Of a stretch of DNA of 45,068 nt, positions 30,615 to 39,238 are shown in pieces; positions within the stretch are counted from its first letter, which is position 1; every line of letters begins with the position of its first letter. Location of the stretch: sequence record DRR378314_1174. One strand, written 5' to 3'. The position numbers were made by a program, and so were the translations under genes. The notes under the pieces were generated by a model. It saw nothing but the letters and a program-made list of their open reading frames with translations, had not been told where the DNA came from and searched no databases.

Positions 30615-31259
30615 ATGATTCGATCCGGTCTTTTCCTTGCTGCCTCTGCGCTTGTGCTCGCGGCATGTTCCAGCGCGCCTGCCGCCACCGAAAGGGCGAC
30701 AACGCCTGTGGTGCAACCCGCGTCTGGCTTCGCAATGGCCATGACCACGGTAGAGGGGTTGAAAGAAGCCGGTAACACACAGACGGCAATTGATCGCCTG
30801 ACCCAGCTGACCGGTGATCCAGACCTGTCCCGCGATCAACTCGCTAAGACCCTTTTGCGCCGTGGTGAACTGCGCATGAGCCCGGAAGGCTATGACGTGA
30901 TGGGCGCGGTTGAGGATTTCGAAGAGATCGTCAACACGCTGGACGATACTACGTCCTATGCTGAAGCCCAGACATTGCTTGGCTCCGCGCAAGGCGCTGA
31001 AGCAGCCCTGATCGAACAGCTCAATCTGCCGGAAACGACCCGGCAGGAGAAGTTCGACATTCTGATGCGTCTCGGACGTCATGAGGATGCGATTGATCTG
31101 ATGATTGCGAGCGATCTGACGCCCGATAACCAAACCCTGATTGCCATGTTTCAGATTGGGTACCTGTGCGAGGGCGACGAATTGACCGGTCGTGGCTATG
31201 ACGCCGTCGAGCCAGACGGCACGGCGCATACGCTGCGGTTCTGCGACTTCGGCAAATAA
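30615..31259 (+). CDS. Hypothetical TPR-like lipoprotein (paralog 2)
   Basis: GGAG RBS; lipobox LAAC; TLLRRGELR...GAVEDFEEI. Confidence 0.8.
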   Translation: MIRSGLFLAASALVLAACSSAPAATERATTPVVQPASGFAMAMTTVEGLKEAGNTQTAIDRLTQLTGDPDLSRDQLAKTLLRRGELRMSPEGYDVMGAVEDFEEIVNTLDDTTSYAEAQTLLGSAQGAEAALIEQLNLPETTRQEKFDILMRLGRHEDAIDLMIASDLTPDNQTLIAMFQIGYLCEGDELTGRGYDAVEPDGTAHTLRFCDFGK

Positions 31260-31283
31260 AACAAGCTAAAACAATGTCGTTTT

Positions 31284-31338
31284 TGTCGCCGTTTGTGTGC
31301 GATCTCTCCGTGAAGAGATGTGGGTGCAAGCGGCGACA
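31284..31338 (+). other. Long imperfect intergenic hairpin
   Basis: TGTCGCCG...CGGCGACA outer stem, ATCTCT/AGAGAT inner stem, G-U pairs between them. Confidence 0.55.
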
Positions 31339-31459
31339 CTGCTTCAGCATCGTAGCGGACTGTTGCTCGCGAAAAATTGTCGGCTGAACGCTCAGTTTTT
31401 CCTTCAATAGTCGGGTCTGGCGTGATTGTGTGGACAAAACACACATTCAGAGGAAACCC

Positions 31460-33199
31460 ATGCCCGCAGATACGTTGCCGAACTGGCCCGCCATGTCCAT
31501 CGCACAAGCGAACGAGATGTTGGCTGGCGAAGGCTCTCCCCTCGAACTCGTTGATGGCGTTGTCGATGGTGTCGAGATGAAGCTCTACAAGAATGCGCCG
31601 CCATCCGTGCCGCTCGTGCTTCAGTTGGCAAGCATGCAATATGCGGATCGGGACTACATCGTCTATGAAGACGAACGCGTCACTTTCTCGGCGCTCGCCA
31701 AGGCTGTTGTGAAGCTGGCGGGGGTCATGAAGGACACTTACGGCATCGAAAAGGGTGACCGCGTTGCGGTGATCATGCGGAACTACCCGCAGTGGCCCGT
31801 TGCGTTCTTTGCCGCCTCCATGATCGGCGCAATTGCGACGCCTATGAATTCCTGGTGGACCGGGGAAGAGCTGGAATATGGCTTGTCTTTTGCGGGCGTG
31901 AAGCTGGCAGTCGTTGATCCACAGATCTATGAGCGTATCCGGGCTGAGTGGGAAAACCTGCCAGAGTTGAAGAATGTGATGATCGCCCGCGACCCTGATG
32001 GCGAGTATGGAGATCCTCGGGTTTCCCAAATGGAGACCCATATTGGCGGCGCAAATGATTGGGCAAAACTGCCGGATGTTTCCTGGCCCGCAATTGATGT
32101 GGGGCCGGATGACGACGCCACAATCATGTATACGTCGGGCACGACGGGCAAGCCGAAAGGCGCGCTGGCGACCCATCGCGCGGTCGTATCAAACATGTTC
32201 AATGGCATGACCTGTCAGGCGCGCATGTTCCTGCGCCGCGGTGAGCCAGTGCCGGAGCCCGATCCGAACGAGCAGCGCGCAACTTTGCTCGCCATTCCAT
32301 TTTTCCATGCGACCGGAGCGTTCGCGATCATGATCCCGTCGTTGCTGCGCGGCGACAAGATCGTGTCGATGTACAAATGGGATGCTGGCAAGGCGCTGCC
32401 GATCATCGAAGCAGAAAAAGTGACCGCCGTTGGAGGCGTGCCAGCGATTGCCTGGCAACTTCTGGAACATCCGGACAGGGACAAATATGACCTGTCTTCA
32501 ATTGCGGCCATTTCGTATGGCGGTGCGCCGTCTGCACCCGAGTTGGTTTCGACGATCAAGAAGCGGTTTCCGGACGCTGCCCCCGGTAACGGTTGGGGCA
32601 TGACGGAGACATGCGCAACGGCCACGCTCAATATCGGCGAAGACTATGTAAACCGTCCAGGAAGTGCCGGTGCGCCGCCCAAAGCCGTATCGCTGAAGAT
32701 CTGTGATCCGGATGGCAATGAACTTCCGCAGGGCGAAGTGGGCGAGCTCTGGTGCAAGGGTCCGATGAATTGCAAGTCATATTGGAACCGACCGGATGCC
32801 ACTGCCGAAACGTTCCGTGAGGGCTGGGTGGTCACGGGAGACCTGGCGCGTCTCGACGAAGAGGGTTTCCTCTATTTGGTTGACCGGGCGAAGGACATGT
32901 TGATCCGCGGCGGCGAAAACGTTTACTGCATTGAGGTTGAAAACGCGCTGTATGAACATCCTGCTGTCATGGACGCGGCTGTTGTGGGTATTCCGCACAA
33001 GGTGCTTGGCGAGGAGGTTGGCGCCGTCGTACAATTGAAGCCAGGCATGCAGGTGAGCGAGGATGAACTGCGCGCTCATGCAGCAGGCCACCTTGCCGCG
33101 TTCAAGGTGCCGGTCAAGATTCTGTTCATGAGCGAACCACTTCCGCGCAACGCAAATGGCAAGATACTGAAGCCGGTATTGCGCGAGAAATTTGTTTAG
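31460..33199 (+). CDS. Long-chain acyl-CoA ligase (class I adenylate-forming enzyme)
   Basis: YTSGTTGKPKG, WGMTET, TGDL, DRAKDMLIRGGEN, NGKILK. Confidence 0.95.
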   Translation: MPADTLPNWPAMSIAQANEMLAGEGSPLELVDGVVDGVEMKLYKNAPPSVPLVLQLASMQYADRDYIVYEDERVTFSALAKAVVKLAGVMKDTYGIEKGDRVAVIMRNYPQWPVAFFAASMIGAIATPMNSWWTGEELEYGLSFAGVKLAVVDPQIYERIRAEWENLPELKNVMIARDPDGEYGDPRVSQMETHIGGANDWAKLPDVSWPAIDVGPDDDATIMYTSGTTGKPKGALATHRAVVSNMFNGMTCQARMFLRRGEPVPEPDPNEQRATLLAIPFFHATGAFAIMIPSLLRGDKIVSMYKWDAGKALPIIEAEKVTAVGGVPAIAWQLLEHPDRDKYDLSSIAAISYGGAPSAPELVSTIKKRFPDAAPGNGWGMTETCATATLNIGEDYVNRPGSAGAPPKAVSLKICDPDGNELPQGEVGELWCKGPMNCKSYWNRPDATAETFREGWVVTGDLARLDEEGFLYLVDRAKDMLIRGGENVYCIEVENALYEHPAVMDAAVVGIPHKVLGEEVGAVVQLKPGMQVSEDELRAHAAGHLAAFKVPVKILFMSEPLPRNANGKILKPVLREKFV

Positions 33200-33212
33200 C
33201 AAGGAAGATTCG

Positions 33213-34226
33213 ATGACATCCAAAAGACGTATCGGCGACCGGGAAGTTTATCCGGTCGGGCTCGGCTGCATGAACATCACGCATGCCTATGGTCCTCCCA
33301 TGGACGAGACCGAGGCGAAGGCCTTGGTCGTACGTGCACTGGATATCGGTTACGACTTTCTAGATACCGCTACGCTATATGGCTTTGGTCGTAGCGAGGA
33401 GTTGATTGGCGAGGCGCTGAAGGACCGTCGCGATAGCTACTTCCTTGCCAGCAAATGCGTGCTTGGGTTCAAGGACGGCCAGCGTACGCTGGACGCGCGC
33501 CCTGAGACGATCAAGGCAGCGTGCGATGCCAGTCTCAAGCGGTTGCAGACTGATGTCATCGATCTTTATTACATGCACCGTCCCGATCCGAATGTGCCTA
33601 TTGAGGATTCGGTCGGTGCTCTGTCCGAGCTGGTGGCGGCGGGAAAGATCCGGATGATTGGTCTTTCCGAAATGGGGGCTGCAGATTTGCGACGGGCGCA
33701 CGCCGTGCACCCGATTGCGGCCATGCAGAGCGAGTATTCTCTTTGGGTGCGCAATCCGGAGATTGCTATCAAGGCTGCCTGCGAAGAGCTGGGCGTTGCG
33801 CTGGTGGCTTTCTCGCCGGTCGGGCGCGGCTTCCTCGCCGATCCGCCGGTAGACCCGGCAAAGTTTCATGAATCCGATTTGCGCGGATCCATTTTCCCGC
33901 GATTTGATCCGGAAATTTATGCGGCCAATTTGCCTTTGCTTGACGAAGCGCGCGCTTGCGCGGCGGAGGTCGGTTGCACGGTGGCGCAGCTTGCCTTGGC
34001 CTGGACGATGGCGAAGGGCGACAATATCCTGCCTATTCCCGGCACAACCAGCCTTCAGCATCTGGAAGAGAACTGGGGCGCTGGCCAGATTGAGTTGTCT
34101 GACGACATGGTCGCGCGCCTTGATACTTCTTTCCTGCCGGAGAAGGCAGTCGGGCCACGCTATAGTCCTATGGGACAATCGGTGGTGACGACCGAGATGT
34201 ACCCGTTCGAGCGCGACCAGGCGTGA
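33213..34226 (+). CDS. Aldo/keto reductase
   Basis: GLGCM, DTATLYG, IDLYYMHR, IGLSE, PIPGT. Confidence 0.93.
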   Translation: MTSKRRIGDREVYPVGLGCMNITHAYGPPMDETEAKALVVRALDIGYDFLDTATLYGFGRSEELIGEALKDRRDSYFLASKCVLGFKDGQRTLDARPETIKAACDASLKRLQTDVIDLYYMHRPDPNVPIEDSVGALSELVAAGKIRMIGLSEMGAADLRRAHAVHPIAAMQSEYSLWVRNPEIAIKAACEELGVALVAFSPVGRGFLADPPVDPAKFHESDLRGSIFPRFDPEIYAANLPLLDEARACAAEVGCTVAQLALAWTMAKGDNILPIPGTTSLQHLEENWGAGQIELSDDMVARLDTSFLPEKAVGPRYSPMGQSVVTTEMYPFERDQA

Positions 34227-34912
34227 GCGCTTCCGATAAGGACTATCCCAAGTCGGAGCAGGGCAGGCCGGTGGCGTTGGAACAGCGCGGCGAAGAGACC
34301 GATGGTCGCCGGTATTCGCCATCTGTCGCGCGCAATCGCGATCCTATCCTCCAGGTTTTCCGCGACCATGTTGCGCAGACTGGGCACGTTCTGGAAATTG
34401 CCTCCGGTACGGGGGAGCATGGCGCTTATTTGACAAGCAATCTGGCAAACCTTCGCTGGACCTATTCAGATATCGACGCCGACAGTCGCCGGAGCCAGCA
34501 GGCTTGGGCTGCAGCAGCTGGACATGACCGACTTAACGGGCCATTCGTGGTGGATGCCAGCCAGAGCGATTGGGGCGATGCCGAACGACCCGACCATTGG
34601 AACGTTGTTGTTTCCGTCAACATGATCCATATCGCGCCCTTCGAGGCGGCACTTGGCCTGATCTCGGGGGCGGGACGATTGCTGAAACCGGGTGGCAAAC
34701 TGTTCCTGTATGGTCCCTTCGCGCGGAATGGCGAGATTGCGCCCTCTAATGCTGCCTTTAACGAGAGTTTGCAGTCCCGTGACCCGACATGGGGCGTGCG
34801 AGACCTGGATCAGCAAATCGTACCAATGGCCGAAGAGGTGGGGCTGAGTGTGACGAACATAATCGAGATGCCCGCCAACAATCTCAGTGTCGTGTTGCAG
34901 CGTCAGGCCTGA
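34223..34912 (+). CDS. DUF938 family SAM-dependent methyltransferase
   Basis: SVARNRDPI, LEIASGTGEH, NMIHIAP, YGPF, WGVRD, MPANN. Confidence 0.9.
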   Translation: MSASDKDYPKSEQGRPVALEQRGEETDGRRYSPSVARNRDPILQVFRDHVAQTGHVLEIASGTGEHGAYLTSNLANLRWTYSDIDADSRRSQQAWAAAAGHDRLNGPFVVDASQSDWGDAERPDHWNVVVSVNMIHIAPFEAALGLISGAGRLLKPGGKLFLYGPFARNGEIAPSNAAFNESLQSRDPTWGVRDLDQQIVPMAEEVGLSVTNIIEMPANNLSVVLQRQA

Positions 34913-36630
34913 TCGCCACCGAAGCGTGCGGTCCATTCGGCAACCTGGTCATCCTCGATCTTCTGGAAGAGGACGTCTGGAGCGGAAACATTCATACCGT
35001 GTGGAAGACTATCAAGAAGCGCGGGAATGTCCCTGAACTTGAAGCTGCGATGCTCGTCGGGAATCCCGAGGGCGTCGAGGATCTTCTTGCCGGCATCCGG
35101 AATGATGGGCAGGGCCAGAATGCCAAACAGGGCGGCAAGGTTCAGCCCGGTGCGCACACCTACTGCGGCGGCGTCCACATCCGTCTTGTACTTCACCCAA
35201 GGCTCAGCCTTGGTAAGGTACTCATTGCCAGCGGCCCAGATAGCGCGTGTCTCAGCGGCGGCCTTGCGGAATTCCATCGCCTCATAGTGCGCGATCAGGC
35301 GAGGCAGACGTTCCTCCAGCTCGGCAATCATCCACGCTTCAGCGTCGCCCGGTGAGCCGGCATTCGGCAGTTTGCCGTCAAATTTCGACACCGTGTATTT
35401 CGTGATCCGGTTCACAAAATTACCGAGCACATTTGCAAGGTCCGAATTGATCGCTGACTGGAAGCCTTCCCATGTGAAGGCGGCGTCGGAGCCTTCAGGT
35501 GCGTTGGCAATCAGGTACCAGCGCCAATAGTCGGCTGGCAGCAGTTCCAGAGCCTGGTCCATGAAGACGCCGCGCTTGTTTGAGGTCGAGAACTTTCCAC
35601 CATACCAGGTGACCCAGTTGAACGCCTTCAGCTTGTCGACCGTTTTCCAAGGCTCGCCGGAGCCGAGCAGCGTGACGGGGAAACTGACCGTATGGAAGGC
35701 GACGTTATCCTTTCCCATGAACTGGACGTATTCGGTCTGGTCCGCGCCCTTGTCCGTGCGCCAGAGGGGCTCCCAGTCATTACCGGTTGCCTCGGCCCAT
35801 TCTTGTGTCGCGGCGATGTACTCAATGGGCGCGTCGAACCAGACGTAGAAGACCTTGTCTTCAAACCCTTCGCGAGGGTTTCCATCGGCGTCCAACACTG
35901 GCACGCCCCAGGCGAGGTCCCGTGTAATGGCACGGGCGATCAGCCCTTCGTCCAGCCACTTATTTGCGATCGAGACGGCGAGGCTTGGCCATTGAGCGCC
36001 TTTGCTGTTCACCCATTCGCGGATTTTCTCCTGCATCTTGGTTTGCAGAAGGTAGAGATGGTTTGTGTCGCGAATCTCGATGTTGCGGCTGCCTGAAACC
36101 GACGAATACGGGTCGATCAGATCGACCGGGTCTAGCAATCGTCCGCAATTATCGCATTGATCGCCGCGCGCCTTTTCAAACGCGCAAGTCGGGCAGGTGC
36201 CTTCAACATAACGATCCGGCAGGAAGCGACCATCATCGACGGAATAGACCTGTTTCGAGGTACGTTCTTCAATCAGGCCATTCTGCTCCAGAACACGGGC
36301 AAAATGCTGGGTCAGCGCGCTGTTTGCCGGGCGGGAAGAGCGACCGAACCAGTCATAGGACAGGTTGAAGCCTTCGCCGGCCTTGCGCTGAATTTCGTAT
36401 TGTTCATCGCAATAGGCCTGAACACTCATGTCGGCGGCCTGAGCGGCGAGCTCTGCCGGCGTGCCATGCTCGTCCGTCGCACAGATATAGGTCACATCAT
36501 GGCCCATCAGACGCATCACCCGAGCATACACGTCAGCGGGCAGCATTGAGCCGGCCAGATTGCCGAGGTGCTTGATTCCATTGATGTAAGGCAGGGCGGA
36601 AGTAACGAGGATGCGCCGGGTTTGCGTCAT
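34903..36630 (-). CDS. metG: Methionine--tRNA ligase (zinc-knuckle, KFSTS type)
   Basis: TSALPYING.KHLGN, TDEHG, CPTC..CDNC, GKDN..FH, KFSTS. Confidence 0.97.
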   Translation of the reverse strand: MTQTRRILVTSALPYINGIKHLGNLAGSMLPADVYARVMRLMGHDVTYICATDEHGTPAELAAQAADMSVQAYCDEQYEIQRKAGEGFNLSYDWFGRSSRPANSALTQHFARVLEQNGLIEERTSKQVYSVDDGRFLPDRYVEGTCPTCAFEKARGDQCDNCGRLLDPVDLIDPYSSVSGSRNIEIRDTNHLYLLQTKMQEKIREWVNSKGAQWPSLAVSIANKWLDEGLIARAITRDLAWGVPVLDADGNPREGFEDKVFYVWFDAPIEYIAATQEWAEATGNDWEPLWRTDKGADQTEYVQFMGKDNVAFHTVSFPVTLLGSGEPWKTVDKLKAFNWVTWYGGKFSTSNKRGVFMDQALELLPADYWRWYLIANAPEGSDAAFTWEGFQSAINSDLANVLGNFVNRITKYTVSKFDGKLPNAGSPGDAEAWMIAELEERLPRLIAHYEAMEFRKAAAETRAIWAAGNEYLTKAEPWVKYKTDVDAAAVGVRTGLNLAALFGILALPIIPDAGKKILDALGIPDEHRSFKFRDIPALLDSLPHGMNVSAPDVLFQKIEDDQVAEWTARFGGDQA

Positions 36631-36762
36631 GAAAGTGAGGTCTTTCCCAAATTGCGTTGCATGCGAGGCCGGGCGGAGCACCGGTTGCCCTGCACCTTTT
36701 AGCGATGCGCGCGCGAAAGGAAAGAATTGTGACGCCTGAAATAACACCGGGGTGTCGGGCAT

Positions 36763-36800
36763 AAAAAAGCCCCGGACACGCTGCAAGGGGCATCCGGGGC
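36763..36800 (-). terminator. Rho-independent terminator downstream of the OmpA-like gene
   Basis: Minus strand GCCCCGGA...TCCGGGGC followed by TTTTTT. Confidence 0.85.
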
Positions 36801-36857
36801 GATCGGCTTGCGGGATGCGGTGAGAAATCCTGCGGGCCTTGGGAGGAAATTCTGGTC

Positions 36858-37331
36858 TTAGAGACCGTAGCCTTTCGAGGCGGTGACCGTCAGATCGACC
36901 CGGCGCGCCATTGGCAGGCTGGTCGTTTCGGCAGGGTCACTGACGACTGCAGGCGCGAAATTCATGCGGACATCGCGGGCGCGGATCCCGCGCGCATTCA
37001 GCGCTTCCAGGACAACAGCGGCGCGGGCTTCGGAGAGAGTCGTAGAGCGCTCGGTATCTGTGGAATCCGCTGATATGACCTTGGCCTCGATATTCGAGAT
37101 CGAGCAGCCGGCGAGCCTGTCTCCCGCAGTGTTGAGAGAGCGGACAGCATAGGAAGACAGCACGGCTTCCTGGTTTGAGAAATACACCGTGATTTCAGTG
37201 TCTTCGCAGGAACGTTCGAAGGGAACATGAACTGGCTCCAATGGCGGAGCCTTGGGGGCGTCCGACATGGCGGGAAATGTGAGCGCGATGGCGCCGATGC
37301 TTAATCCGGCAAGAATTTGAGCGCGTTTCAT
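36858..37331 (-). CDS. Exported OmpA-like (peptidoglycan-binding) domain protein
   Basis: Signal peptide, VYF....VLS, LSEARAAVV..L...GI, RRVDL. Confidence 0.8.
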   Translation of the reverse strand: MKRAQILAGLSIGAIALTFPAMSDAPKAPPLEPVHVPFERSCEDTEITVYFSNQEAVLSSYAVRSLNTAGDRLAGCSISNIEAKVISADSTDTERSTTLSEARAAVVLEALNARGIRARDVRMNFAPAVVSDPAETTSLPMARRVDLTVTASKGYGL

Positions 37332-37572
37332 GATCCAGTCTTCTTTCAAGCTGCTCGTGTCGACTGACACCCATCAACACCACATCTGTGCGTGTGGTTT
37401 CATTACAGCCTTGATAGTCTTGAACTGGGGCGGAAATGTGCGCCTCTCTGGGCGAATGGGGCAAAGACGAGGTGATTGGAAGAATTCATCGTTTGAGCGC
37501 GGGGAGTGAATTTCACTGGCACAGCCGCTTGCGCCGCGGCGCCGATCGAAGTAGTGACTGCGTTTCCAGCGT

Positions 37573-37648
37573 GCCGGCTTAGCTCAGCTGGTAGAGCATC
37601 TGATTTGTAATCAGAGGGTCGGGGGTTCGAGTCCCTCAGCCGGCACCA
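37573..37648 (+). tRNA. tRNA-Thr (anticodon UGU)
   Basis: 76-nt cloverleaf; GCCGGCT acceptor, TCTGA-TTTGTAA-TCAGA anticodon arm, TTCGAGT T-loop, encoded CCA. Confidence 0.98.
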
Positions 37649-37856
37649 CTGGAGCTTTCTCTACAACGTAACGAATTTGAAACAGCTGCAGATGCGCCTG
37701 TCCATGTTGATCGTGCAATCGAAATTGCTGTGACCACACCGTGACAGTTCCTGCCCTTCCAGGCCGGACACCATCGCAATGATGGGGCGGTCAGGAAGGA
37801 CAGGGGCGGGGGATTTCGAGATGGGAGCCAATTAAGACTTCGGGAGGCGGCCTATC

Positions 37857-38153
37857 TCAGGCGGAGTCGCGAAATCTTACGCCGGCTTCGAGGCCTTTCT
37901 GCCATACGAGTTCACACTCACGGACTTCCGGACAATTGGAATTTGGATTCGAGATTTCGACGGTGAAGGAAGACGGGCACGGCCAGATCGTGTGGGTTTC
38001 CAACTTTAATCCGCTATCTGACATATTCAGAATACGGATATCCATTGTGCAGCGGTCTTCGTTGAACCGTATCCGCCCACACTTCAATGTTCGCCGTCGA
38101 TGAGATCTTCTCGTTTCCACTTGGTAGTTGCTCCCCCCGACCAAACTATTCAC
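37857..38153 (-). CDS. Stand-alone PilZ domain protein
   Basis: RRSHRRR (RxxxR) and NMSDSG (D/NxSxxG); CELVW..GLEAGVRF. Confidence 0.85.
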   Translation of the reverse strand: MNSLVGGSNYQVETRRSHRRRTLKCGRIRFNEDRCTMDIRILNMSDSGLKLETHTIWPCPSSFTVEISNPNSNCPEVRECELVWQKGLEAGVRFRDSA

Positions 38154-38389
38154 TGCCTGAGCCTCGCCAATGTGCGTCTACACGTGCCTATGACTGCAGA
38201 CTGAATTTTGGAGGGCCTAAGCGGGATCGTAAACTGACCCGTAACCGCTACACATTTGGATAGCCGCGAATACCCTATGCTTAATCTGGCGATACTCAGG
38301 AGGGTGTGATGATCGCGGGTGCCCCATAATGGCGGTCCATTCGGGAATGCCTGTTGCTTCAAGGTTCGACTATGTCGACCATCGTCTAG

Positions 38390-38857
38390 ATGCCCTTGGA
38401 GTTGGGAAGGGCTGCGCGCGTCTCAAATTGGCGGCATATGCGGGGAAATTGGATGCGTGATTTGCAGTGTGAGGAGGGGGCGCCCAAGCCGGGGTTTTGG
38501 TTTCGATGGATGCTATACCTTCTGAAGGCAACTGGAACAGCATTCTTCCTGCTGATTATATGGTTGAGTATAGGGCTGGAGTGGCGCGTTTCTCCAAACC
38601 ATATGTGGATAGACAAAGACCGCCACTTTCTTGCTTTCTATGCCTTGTCGCTGCTGGCTCTTGTCACAATCACGAAGAGGGCTTGGTGGTTTATCGTAAT
38701 GACTCTCGTCATATTGGCTGCCGGGATCGAGGTCATCCAGCCCTATTTCGGTCGCCAACTGAGCGTGTTGGACTTTCTGGCAAGCTGCGCAGGTGTATTT
38801 CTGGCGTTCTTGCCCGTTCCTTTGTGGCGACTGAGACAGAAATTTAAAATGGTGTAG
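38390..38857 (+). CDS. VanZ-like membrane protein
   Basis: DKDRHFLAF, GIEVIQPYFGR...LDFLA; start uncertain (38390-38510). Confidence 0.75.
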   Translation: MPLELGRAARVSNWRHMRGNWMRDLQCEEGAPKPGFWFRWMLYLLKATGTAFFLLIIWLSIGLEWRVSPNHMWIDKDRHFLAFYALSLLALVTITKRAWWFIVMTLVILAAGIEVIQPYFGRQLSVLDFLASCAGVFLAFLPVPLWRLRQKFKMV

Positions 38858-38942
38858 CGACCGCGTGAATATTTAGTTCAGCCCGGGCGAGGGGGACCCA
38901 TTTGGGGTGCCGAGCAGGGAGGTAGTGGCGAATGCAAAAACT

Positions 38943-39131
38943 ATGTACCCAGAAGTCGACTATCATTTGGAGGGGCAAATGCTGATCTTCTATGCTTTCC
39001 TGGTTTCTCTGTGTTTTGTTGGCTCGTTTGCGTTCCTCATAGGTGCGTGGTGGGCAAGCGATCATGCCAAAGAACGTCGGATGAAAGAAATCCGTTCCGG
39101 ATATACTGAGATCACTACAGGCAATACCTGA
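38943..39131 (+). CDS. Small single-pass membrane protein (hypothetical)
   Basis: One long hydrophobic helix followed by a basic stretch; start uncertain. Confidence 0.45.
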   Translation: MYPEVDYHLEGQMLIFYAFLVSLCFVGSFAFLIGAWWASDHAKERRMKEIRSGYTEITTGNT

Positions 39132-39238
39132 TTTGATCTGTCAGTGTCGGCCAAGGTCAAGGGAGGCTGGTTCGACAGGGGTGGATACAAGTGAGTGGTG
39201 CTTGAGTTTTCAGATTGCGAAACTCTTGCGCCCTCGGT

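Noticed and set aside
36631..36762. Possible SAM riboswitch or T-box upstream of metG
   Set aside because: No consensus elements seen; the nearby hairpin is explained as the terminator of the OmpA-like gene
38150..38389. Short ORFs between the PilZ and VanZ-like genes
   Set aside because: No motifs or RBS; more likely a divergent promoter region
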